A stretch of DNA of 20,000 nucleotides, from contig JALAGF010004627.1 of assembly GCA_030167865.1 (NCBI GenBank), positions 56,292 through 76,291 of the forward strand, written 5' to 3'. Position 1 is the first letter of the stretch. Each line of letters starts with the position of its first letter. Origin of the DNA: Craspedostauros australis. Taxonomy: Eukaryota. The translations under genes and the position numbers were made by a program. This document shows, in pieces, positions 11,399-20,000 of this stretch. The notes beneath the pieces are model-generated. The model worked only from the letters and a program-made list of their open reading frames with translations. It was not told where the DNA came from and ran no database searches.

Positions 11399-12127
11399 CA
11401 GTGGGTGTCGACTCTGACTGTTGGGTGGTTGAACTGATCGTGGCTGATTGCACTGATTGCATTGCGTTCCGAAAGGATGGATGGAGAAGAGGTGAGTTGC
11501 ATTGAGTTTTGCGGCGCTTCGCTTCGCATCTGTTTCTTGTTTGGTTTGGTGCTGATTTTGGTTGGGGCGGCGCGTTGATGTTGCAAACTGCTTCGGTTCT
11601 TCGTTGACCGTTGAATTTGGTGAGGGGCGAAACACACCTCCAATCATGTTTTTTGTGTCGTTCATGAACGCCGGTTTCCAAACTCGGAACTGATTCGCCG
11701 GCGCGCTGCCATTCTCGATCTTGATTGGTCAGAGCACAGAAGATAGTACGTTTGCGTCACGTCTGATTGGGCAGATGGGTCGTTGACGCTGAAGCTTCTT
11801 GATTGTTTGCTTCCGATTCCCATGACTACAACGACCACATTGACTTCAATTGTTGTTCCACAGTTCTCATTCTTGTTTTGCGGATCCACGATTGCGACAC
11901 ATCATGTTGTTCTCTGATTGTGCAGCGTTCTATTTGGTGCACACAAACTCACAAATCCGCCGGTCTGGTCGCATCCGCCGTTTGTGGCTGCACTGTGGGT
12001 CGCACTTCGCACCAGCCACACTTCCGCCTGGCCTGTTGCCTGTATTGCTCGATGAGGGAATGGACCACATCTCGCCACTTCTCTTCTCATTCGTACTGTC
12101 GAGTTCACAAGAAAGTAGTCATCCTCT

Positions 12128-12169
12128 CATCGCCATCGCCATCACCATCACCATCACCATCACCATCAC
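12128..12169. repeat. Hexanucleotide microsatellite (CATCGC)2(CATCAC)5
   Basis: Read directly from the sequence; lies upstream of the probable ATG of the ankyrin-like gene. Confidence 0.85.
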
Positions 12170-12340
12170 CACCGCCGCTGTGATCCAAGAACACAAGGTC
12201 GATCTGCGACAGCGGTGTCCCGAGCGGGAGCAGCATCGACGCTGCCAACGTCGTCTCCGTTGCCTATAGTCGATACTCGCACGGCGGTTCGTGTTGCTTG
12301 CAGGGTACCTGATGGTGCCAGCAAGCCGATTGTCGGAACC

Positions 12341-13441
12341 ATGCTACCGGCGGGATTATCGGGTCTATGGCATTGCATTCTGAATGGCTCCCACCAAGGG
12401 GCCAGCGAGCGTATCAGAAAGCATCCGCATGAAGCACGCCTGGCGTTTCCAGAATGCGGCATTCTCCCGCTGCATGCCGTTCTCATCGATCGCACCGCAT
12501 CACCGCAGTTGATCCACGAAGTTATGCAAGCCTACCCGCAAGCTGCCAGCGTCGCCGATCCAGCGGGCCAGCAGGTGCCCATCGCTCTCGCCATCTTCAT
12601 GTGTCAACCGATCGAGGTGTTCATGGAAATCCTGGATACTGCCCCGGAGACAGCAGCTTGGGTATCTCCAACTGGGGACAACCTCCTGGACTGCATCTTG
12701 AGTGAGGCCACGCCGGAGGAATTGCGGGCATTGGACTCCGCAGCTCCCGAAGCAACAAGCACCGAGCTGTCGCGCAAGATACATCGTATCCTGTTCGAGA
12801 TGGCACGAATCCACGAACTTAACACAACCGATCTCGTGGGTACCGGCACGGATGCTGGAGATGCCACCAAACCAACGGGAGCCCCTTGCCAGCACTCCGA
12901 CACAGTCTTGTACGTGCATGCGGCATGCTGCTTTGGGCCATTGCACTGTCCAGTCCACGTTCTTGATCATGTCCTTCGGCAGCATCCCGAGCAAGCCAAT
13001 CGGGTCGATCGCCACGGGAGACATGCGCTGCACATCGCGGTTCTTCAACCCAACTGCTTGCCAGGGCCAAGGGACTTGACAAACGATGAAGCAAACTGTC
13101 GCGAGCGTGCATTCATGACCCGTTTGTTGCAGGCGAACAGTCTTGCGGCGGAGGTACCAATACGTACTCCAGAAATCGGCGCTGACGAACGGTCCCCACT
13201 CGTTGAGGCAATCAAAAACGGCCAGGTGTGGGAAGGTGGGATCAAGGTACTGTCCGATGCTTCTCCGGATGCCAAGCTGCTGGTTGATCCTGCGACAGGC
13301 CTCCTGCCATTTCAGCTGGCTGCTCTCCCCAGTGAAAGCGCAAGGCCCAACATATCCACAATCTTCTCTCTGCTGATTGAGCAACCACATGAGATCCTGA
13401 ACGAAGCGCAAAGTCACGCTGTTGCATCGCAAGGAGAATAG
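12341..13441 (+). CDS. Ankyrin-repeat-like protein (~366 aa) of the type expanded in diatoms
   Basis: The first in-frame ATG of ORF 12215..13441 is at 12341 (aaccATG). Ankyrin-like helix-turn motifs GILPLHAVL, GDNLLDCIL, GRHALHIAV and RSPLVEAI, plus a C-terminal DPATGLLPFQLAA..STIFSLL motif that I recall from diatom ankyrin-like families. Confidence 0.7.
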   Translation: MLPAGLSGLWHCILNGSHQGASERIRKHPHEARLAFPECGILPLHAVLIDRTASPQLIHEVMQAYPQAASVADPAGQQVPIALAIFMCQPIEVFMEILDTAPETAAWVSPTGDNLLDCILSEATPEELRALDSAAPEATSTELSRKIHRILFEMARIHELNTTDLVGTGTDAGDATKPTGAPCQHSDTVLYVHAACCFGPLHCPVHVLDHVLRQHPEQANRVDRHGRHALHIAVLQPNCLPGPRDLTNDEANCRERAFMTRLLQANSLAAEVPIRTPEIGADERSPLVEAIKNGQVWEGGIKVLSDASPDAKLLVDPATGLLPFQLAALPSESARPNISTIFSLLIEQPHEILNEAQSHAVASQGE

Positions 13442-13718
13442 CACGTGCGATGGTAGAAAGCATCTCGCTCTATCATTCTGTCTCTCTGGAACGAACGAAC
13501 TGCCATCGTCATCATCACTTTCGCTCGGTGATGCACGAGATGATTTGAAAAAGAATGCAACAAATAGCAGAGCACACTAGCAGACACTTACTCGAATCAT
13601 GGTGGGACGATGTCGTACTTAAATCATGAGGAGTAATACCAGAGTCGTCGACCACTTGTGAGAGTTCTGGTAGGCCTCTGGTCGTACCCAACTTGCTCCT
13701 CTTTGCAATCAGTGTTTG

Positions 13719-14932
13719 TCACTTGGACTCATTATTGATGCCGTCTAACGTCTGTTTTGTGAAGTGCGCCGTTGCATGGCTGCATTTGCAATCGAACAGT
13801 GGCTCCGTGCTGTCGGCAATCGCGGCCGCTGGTGATTCAAGGATGGACTCAGAGTCGGACGTTGTCGTTGATGGTTCTGGCAGCGACTGATTCGAATTGT
13901 CGCCAACGCGTTGCATGAGCTGATCCAGATCTTGCGGTTCGTCAATGTCGTGCATGAGCTTACCTAGCGCAACCTGAATCCCTTGGTCCGTGAGCGCTTT
14001 GATCTGGCACAGCGCAGTCAGCGGATGAGACCAAAGCACCCGCTCGAATGTCAGCACCGTATCAGCTTGACTCGGCACGCTCAGCATCCCGTATCCACCA
14101 TCCGACGCCGGGCACAATATCGCTTTCCTTGGAGTCGCTTCGTCGCCACCGTGACTCTGGCCCAACGCACGTGCTATGTCGTCCAAAGGAAGTTCGGGCG
14201 CATCCATACCCAAGAAGACGACGCTGCCGTCTGGATCGATGAGGTCCCGCACCCTTCTGAGAGCATCACTGAGAATGGCGCTCAATGCGGACGATTGCAA
14301 AACTGTGGAATGCATGGGTAGCAGCGTCCAGGATGCATCCGCATTCTGTTGCCTCTCTTCACCCGTCGACAGGACTGCCAGGTTGATGCTGGCCATGATG
14401 CCCTTCATGATCGCCAGACCATCGTCATTGCCAGGCGCATACAGCAGCACCTTTGTGTAACTGTTGATGGCAGTCTGGTGTTTCGTTTGAGTGTGAAGAG
14501 TATGCGAAATTGGGCGTAGAATTGGGTGCGGACACGAAACAATGAGGCACGGCATTTGGTTTGAGCGATCGTCGGAATGTGGCGAGGGTGTGGTGGGCTT
14601 GCCGAGCACATTCAATGTCCGTACGTGTGGCCATCAGAGCTCTACAAAGTGGCGCGGATTGGAACGAGATGCGCGCAGCATACATACTCGTACTGTTCCA
14701 AACGAAATAAAATGACATGGCATGGCATGAAATAACACGCCATGACGAAACGACCGTAACTCACACACTTCTCCAGGGACGTGAGAACATCGCAAAGCAT
14801 GGACCTGGCCAGCGCAGCTGAACCTTCCTTGCCGTATCTGGCAGCCAGCCGAGTCTTGCTCTTTCCTGGTATGGGACACTTGGCGACAACCACGATGGCC
14901 CCGTCCCGTTGCGCTGCGGAAGTCGACCCCAT
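13719..14932 (-). CDS. DUF2064 / TIGR04282-like transferase (CofC-like, GT-A fold), ~307 aa, 2 exons
   Basis: Exons 14932-14765 and 14474-13719 total 924 nt. Family motifs in order: VVAKCPIPGKSKTRLA, AALARSMLCDVL, FLGMDAPEL, LCPASDGGYGML, VLWS, HDIDEPQDL. An in-frame stop lies just upstream of the ATG. Confidence 0.82.
14475..14764 (-). other. Spliceosomal intron of the DUF2064 gene (290 nt, phase 0)
   Basis: GTGAGT donor at 14764 after LEKC; CCAG acceptor at 14475 in frame with TAINSYTKVLLYAPG. Confidence 0.78.
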
Positions 14933-15355
14933 TATTCTTCAATTCCTTCTTCACCTACTTCGTTCCTTGCTTGCTCGCTTTCGAAATGTTCTGCTTGTGC
15001 TTGTATTCCTGATCATGTCATCATCAAACATGCACAGGAGCGACGTCGTGGTGTGGTGTGTGTTGGCGCCATCGCCATCGTCGTTTGTGCACAAAGATGA
15101 CAGCGAAAGATACCATCCGCTCACGTATCTTCGCTATTTTCCGAGAGACCATTAACGACCAAAACTGTCCTGGATCGCTTCACCATCTTGTTCGACAACG
15201 ACAGCGCAAACGAAACGTGGGTGGTGCCGACCCCACCAACCCAACACATCAACAACGGTCAACTCATCTCGCCACAATGTGCCACCGCTTCATTTCTAAT
15301 CCTCGTTCCTCCATTCGACAAGATCATCGCAACTAAAGTATCCAAGCACGTCACC

Positions 15356-16264
15356 ATGGATCTTGCGAACGACAACGGCATCAACAAACGCAAGAACGTT
15401 GGTGAAACCAGCGACGATGATGGCGATGATGAATTTTACATGAAGCAAGCACTGACAGTGGCAGAAGCGGCCTTGCGGGTTGGCGAAGTGCCGGTGGGTT
15501 GCGTGATCGTCCTTCACGACCATCCCGCATTTCCTCGACTGCTAAATGCGGATGGCGATGTGCGGAATAACTCCGTCGTCATATCGCACGGTGCCAACCA
15601 AGTCAACGCAACCCGGGACGCCACCCGCCACGCGGAAGTTGTGGCCATCGATCGCATATTGACAAAAGGTGCATCCACGGATGAACTGCGACTTCCCCTG
15701 TCGGTCGGAACCAAGACGTCGCCTGGCAATTCTGCGACGTACCCCGATGCAGTTCGCAAGGAGCGCGAGGCACAATGGGAGGATCGATGGGTTAACGTGC
15801 CCGACGACCCGACGCATTGGAAGAACACGTACGGCTGGAGGAGCTCGCAGCATGATTTCACGGTGGATGTGTTCCGACAATGCACCCTCTACGTCACCTG
15901 CGAACCATGCATCATGTGCGCTGCCGCATTGGCGACGGTTGGGATCCAACGCGTCGTCTTTGGTTGTCGCAATGATCGCTTTGGTGGTTGCGGATCGTTG
16001 CTTCATCTTCATGAACGGGAACGCAAAGGATCCTCTCAATCCGCATCAATACCTCGTGATGGAAGAGACAATCAAGGCAACGGCACTTGTACTCGTGTTC
16101 GTCTTCCCAGTCCCCACAACTGCGACAACTGCGGCGACGGATACCAAATCACAAGCGGTGTGTTAGAAAAGGAGGCAATCACGCTTCTGCGTTCGTTCTA
16201 CGACCGAGAGAACTTCCATGCACCTGATGACAAGCGGCGGAAGAAGGACGGCAAGATTAAATAG
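15356..16264 (+). CDS. ADAT2: tRNA-specific adenosine-34 deaminase catalytic subunit (Tad2/ADAT2), ~302 aa
   Basis: FYMKQAL..A..A...GEVPVGCVIV, zinc motifs ATRHAE and LYVTCEPCIMC, VVFGCRNDRFGGCGS, and the C-terminal EAITLLRSFYDRENFHAP typical of eukaryotic Tad2. First ATG at 15356 (caccATGg). Confidence 0.9.
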   Translation: MDLANDNGINKRKNVGETSDDDGDDEFYMKQALTVAEAALRVGEVPVGCVIVLHDHPAFPRLLNADGDVRNNSVVISHGANQVNATRDATRHAEVVAIDRILTKGASTDELRLPLSVGTKTSPGNSATYPDAVRKEREAQWEDRWVNVPDDPTHWKNTYGWRSSQHDFTVDVFRQCTLYVTCEPCIMCAAALATVGIQRVVFGCRNDRFGGCGSLLHLHERERKGSSQSASIPRDGRDNQGNGTCTRVRLPSPHNCDNCGDGYQITSGVLEKEAITLLRSFYDRENFHAPDDKRRKKDGKIK

Positions 16265-16569
16265 AGTATAGTCGAATTGTACGTAGTCTCGTACCGTGCG
16301 CTGTTGGTGCAAGTATAATGGAGGGGACTCGCGTGCTCTCCCCCAAGAGAGATAAAGAGAAATTTGCGGAGGAGAGATAGAGAATCACCGCATGTGACAC
16401 AAGTTCTCAATGGAACGAACGTGTGGGAGTTTTGCGACAAGACAAGATACGATGCCGCCATTGCAGCCCGCTCTTGTTCTATCGCAACCAGTCCCAGAGC
16501 ATTGTTCCATTTCACTCTGTTGAAGCCATCATTTGTTTTGCCAGCGTACTCGTAGGACAACATCCAAAC

Positions 16570-17289
16570 CTATGCCTTGCTCCTGCCCGCCTTGAATTTC
16601 TTTCGCTTCTTCCTCCGACCTTGCAGCTGCTCCTTCTTGAGCTGTGTGCGTTCTTCTTTCTGCTTGGCGTCTTCCCGGTTGCGCGTCTCCGTCTGTTGCT
16701 GCAATCGCTTGGCCTGATCCGCGAAGGTATTCTGCAGATGCTGTTGCAATGTCGCGAATGGATCGGACTGAAAGGCAGGATGCTGCGAGACCAGATTGAA
16801 ATGATTGATCTCCTTCGCAGCGAGGTATCGCTTTCCTTTGTTTGATTTGACGATTTGAGACTGCGTTTGTTGCTGTTGTTTTGCGCTTTCTTTACCGCCT
16901 TTCGCGACCGTCCCCACTAGGGCCTCACGGATGGCGTCCAATCCATCGATCCTTTTGCTCTGTTCCTCATCCTTCTTCAGCTTCAATGTGGACAGTATCA
17001 GCCTTTCCTTCTGCAGGAACCGCTCGCGTTTGGCAAGCCGTTTGCGCTGCCCTCTGCTCAATTCCTGAGTCTTTGGCACATCCGGCTCATCCGATGGCTT
17101 GCCATCTCCTTTGCGCTTGGTATGGTCAGCACCCGTGGACGACGACGATGGCGTCAACGGAGAATTGGGCGTGTTTGCTGCCTGTGAATGCAAGGTGCTG
17201 CCATGCTCTTTGGCAGCAACCAGCGGTTCGGATGCTGCCACGCGCCTTGCAACTCGCCGGAGCTTTGATGCCTTTTGCACCTTCGGCAT
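16570..17289 (-). CDS. SLX9: SLX9/FAM207A-like ribosome biogenesis protein, ~239 aa
   Basis: Basic protein starting MPKV (ATG at 17289), with LSRGQRKRLAKRERFL, a GLDAIREAL segment, and the SLX9-type C-terminal motif EINHFNLVSQHPAFQSDPFATLQQHLQNT; K/R-rich tail. Confidence 0.72.
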   Translation of the reverse strand: MPKVQKASKLRRVARRVAASEPLVAAKEHGSTLHSQAANTPNSPLTPSSSSTGADHTKRKGDGKPSDEPDVPKTQELSRGQRKRLAKRERFLQKERLILSTLKLKKDEEQSKRIDGLDAIREALVGTVAKGGKESAKQQQQTQSQIVKSNKGKRYLAAKEINHFNLVSQHPAFQSDPFATLQQHLQNTFADQAKRLQQQTETRNREDAKQKEERTQLKKEQLQGRRKKRKKFKAGRSKA

Positions 17290-18110
17290 GTTGGCAGAGA
17301 CTAATCGCAATATTGGTAGCGTGTTGTTGTACGAGTATGTCTCCAAGATATTGGATCAGGAGATCGGAGGGCTTTGGCAATTCAAAAGGGGATGGTGTTG
17401 ACCTGATGCCCACACAAGTTATTCGAAAGAGATCACAAGAAGTCACAAGAGAGATGGTGGGATGATGGCTACCCAAGCTCGAAACTTGTCCAAGAAGTAG
17501 AGCAGAGAACCTGGATCCAAAGCTGAGTTCCCTTGACACAGTATTGATGGGCATCAATAATCACCGCTGTGGACCTCGCGCCAGCTGCGGAGGTCTTTCC
17601 TGTCGTCATCTCCATTTTCTCAAGAAGAAGAGAGTTGTCGTCATCGCTGCTCGCGTTGCTCACGTTGCCCAAAAGAAGATTGTTCCACTTGGCTCAGGTC
17701 TGTCGCCCGAATGATGTTTGTTGTGCGTGGTGGGAGGAAAAGATACCGATCGGTGTTGCGTGAGCCTGTTTGGTTGGTTGATGTTCGACTTCGCATTGTG
17801 CGGGTGACATGCAGACGACAAAACCAACAGAACGGAAGGCTTTTTCTCTCGCATTCCAACCCAATCGTGTCTCTGTTGTGTTGGAGAACGTCCATGCGGC
17901 GTCCGGCAATGTCCCTTGTGTCCATCAAAAATTGTCCAAAGACACCACGAATCTTTGCGCTGGAAGCAGCGAGGCTACGTGGCTGCTTCGCACCACAGTG
18001 CGAAAATCAGCGCTGTGTGGTGCGAGAGCACTCTCTCTGTCGTGCTTCCTGTCGCGTCGTTTGGGTTTTTGTGGTGTTGTGTGGCGTTTGACCGTGACAG
18101 AAAGACAGAA

Positions 18111-18160
18111 AACCACGCGCAACAACACGTAACAACACGGAACAACACGTAACAACGCGA
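18111..18160 (+). repeat. 10-bp tandem repeat (consensus AACAACACGT, ~5 imperfect copies) upstream of EF-1alpha
   Basis: aaccacgcgc aacaacacgt aacaacacgg aacaacacgt aacaacgcga read directly. Confidence 0.8.
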
Positions 18161-18295
18161 CAACGCACAACGCACCACCGCAAACCGAAAGAGAGATCCA
18201 AAACGGAGGCAGCAGATCTGGTCGTGTTACGTCGTTGCCATAAAAACGCAAAGTCTGCACAATCAACCAAACAACAGAACTTGTCATCATCCAAA

Positions 18296-20000
18296 ATGGG
18301 AAAGGAAAAGGTCCACATCTCTCTGGTCGTCATCGGCCACGTCGACGCCGGTAAGTCGATTTGGAAGCCCAAAGCAACGCGGCGATGATGCCCTGCGAGT
18401 CGCAACAATCTTCGGCAGCGTATCTGTTGAGAACACAGATGCCTTCGACGAGCCCGACGCGTGATCCGCCCGATTTTGCATTTGCATTCGGCCAAGCCCA
18501 CACAGGAGAACGCATTGGCCATGACATGCGACGCATCATGCGCTTGTGGCAATCGCACCAGCGCCGATGCAGCCACTGCAAGGCATCGCATGCAAAAAGT
18601 CTCGGCAGCAATCGAACGATCTTTGATCTCACCTCCATACTTCGCTTCACTTCATTCCATCACCTTCGACGCGCCCAACGCTGCCTCGGACTTTCGTTGT
18701 TGATGACACAAACAATAATTGAATATCGTGTTACCCGTGCCGCGCAATTGAATATCGCGTTACCCTTGCCGCGTCATGTCACGTGATGCTATCAACCAAA
18801 CACTGCAACCGCAATCGCATCTGCAACCACAGGAAAGTCCACCACCACTGGTCACTTGATCTACAAGTGCGGAGGTATTGACAAGCGTACCATCGAGAAG
18901 TTCGAGAAGGAAGCCGCCGAGCTCGGAAAGGGATCCTTCAAGTATGCCTGGGTCCTTGACAACCTCAAGGCCGAGCGCGAGCGTGGTATCACCATCGATA
19001 TCGCCCTCTGGAAGTTCGAGTCTCCAAAGTACTCCTTCACCGTCATCGACGCCCCAGGACACCGTGATTTCATCAAGAACATGATCACCGGTACCTCCCA
19101 GGCCGATGTCGCCGTCCTCGTCATTGACTCCTCCCAGGGAGGATTCGAGGCCGGTATCTCCAAGGACGGACAGACCCGCGAGCACGCTCTCCTCGCCTAC
19201 ACTCTCGGAGTGAAGCAGATGATCGTCGCCATGAACAAGATGGACGACAAGACCGTCAAGTACGCCGAGTCCCGTTACAAGGAGATCAAGTCCGAGGTCT
19301 TCACCTACCTCAAGAAGGTCGGCTACAAGCCAATGAAGATCCCATTCGTCCCAATCTCCGGATGGGAGGGTGACAACATGATCGACAAGTCCACCAACAT
19401 GCCTTGGTACAAGGGCCCATACCTCCTTGAGGCCCTCGACAACGTCAACCCACCAAAGCGCCCAACCGACAAGGCCCTCCGTCTCCCACTCCAGGATGTC
19501 TACAAGATCGGTGGTATCGGAACCGTTCCAGTCGGACGTGTTGAGACCGGTATCATCAAGCCAGGTATCCATGCCATGTTCGCCCCAGCCGGCATCGTGG
19601 CCGAAATCAAGTCCGTCGAGATGCACCACGAGTCCCTTCCACAGGCCGTCCCAGGTGACAACGTCGGATTCAACGTGAAGAACGTCGCCGTCAAGGACCT
19701 CCGGCGTGGATTCGTCGCCTCCGACTCCAAGTCCAGCCCAGCCGCTGGTGCCTCTAGCTTCGAGGCTCAGGTCATCGTCATGAACCACCCAGGACAGATC
19801 TCCAACGGATACTCCCCAGTCTTGGATTGCCACACCGCCCACGTCGCCTGCAAGTTCAAGCACATCAAGGAGAAGATGGACCGTCGTTCCGGAAAGGTCC
19901 TTGAGGCCGATCCAAAGTTCGTCAAGACCGGAGATGCCTGCATCGTCGAGCTCGAGCCAACCAAGCCACTTTGCGTCGAGACCTTCACCGACTTCCCACC
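18296..20000 (+). CDS. EEF1A: Translation elongation factor 1-alpha (canonical EF-1alpha), 3'-truncated by the window edge
   Basis: Exon 1 18296-18350 ([19 protein letters not shown]) and exon 2 from 18833 ([76 protein letters not shown]..). Strong C-ending codon bias of a highly expressed gene. Absent from the ORF track because of the intron and the truncation. Confidence 0.98.
18351..18832 (+). other. Spliceosomal intron of EF-1alpha (482 nt, phase 1, within the P-loop Gly codon)
   Basis: GTAAGT donor at 18351, ACAG acceptor ending 18832; splicing restores GHVDAGKST. Confidence 0.95.
18717..18774 (+). repeat. 29-bp tandem duplication in the EF-1alpha intron (26/29 identical)
   Basis: aattgaatatcgtgttacccgtgccgcgc followed immediately by aattgaatatcgcgttacccttgccgcgt. 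Confidence 0.9.

Noticed and set aside
12122..12340. Poly-His N-terminal extension of the ankyrin-like ORF
   Set aside because: An in-frame TAG at 12116-12118 and no ATG before 12341; the tract is a hexamer microsatellite, probably in the UTR.
12500..13444. 314-aa minus-strand ORF
   Set aside because: It lies antisense to the ankyrin-like gene, which carries the recognisable motifs.
1720..14932. Lipase pair plus DUF2064 transferase as an arsenolipid gene cluster
   Set aside because: Supported only by proximity; an unrelated gene intervenes and no ArsS or ArsM gene is present.
18111..18160. Short repeats as a CRISPR array or telomere
   Set aside because: Units are directly adjacent with no spacers, the context is eukaryotic and the unit is not telomeric.
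18350..18358. EF-1alpha donor GGTAAGTCG reads Gly-Lys-Ser, mimicking the start of exon 2 (possible duplication-derived intron)
   Set aside because: The consensus donor GTAAGT after a phase-1 G automatically encodes GKS, so no special origin is needed.
18701..18790. Possible C/D box snoRNA (TGATGA at 18701, GTTACCCGT loosely complementary to 18S rRNA)
   Set aside because: No downstream CTGA box D before the acceptor, and the putative guide match is only ~9 nt and recalled from memory.
18760..19863. 367-aa minus-strand ORF
   Set aside because: It is the antisense shadow of codon-biased EF-1alpha and has no independent motifs.

Overview
Gene-dense, intron-containing eukaryotic DNA. The EF-1alpha sequence and gene style point to a pennate diatom (inference). 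Left to right: (1) an unannotated minus-strand ORF of at least 204 codons that runs off the left edge and is missing from the ORF track; (2,3) two head-to-tail paralogues, each encoding a ~1000-1080 aa protein with about 9 predicted transmembrane segments fused to a C-terminal, Cys-rich class-3 (GHSLGG) lipase, whose exon structures I reconstructed; (4) an ankyrin-like repeat protein; (5) a spliced DUF2064/TIGR04282-like (CofC/GT-A fold) transferase, a family linked in bacteria to arsenosugar/radical-SAM clusters; (6) tRNA A34 deaminase ADAT2/Tad2 with a large Trp-rich insertion; (7) an SLX9/FAM207A-like ribosome biogenesis factor; (8) canonical EF-1alpha, truncated at the right edge. The most notable observations are the polytopic-membrane lipase pair, intron turnover between the two paralogues (only 1 of 4 intron positions shared), 9-12 bp inverted repeats linking the two ends of five of the seven introns, and the eukaryotic DUF2064 transferase. 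No tRNA, rRNA, CRISPR array or transposase was recognised. All calls come from reading the sequence and recalled family motifs; no database search was run.
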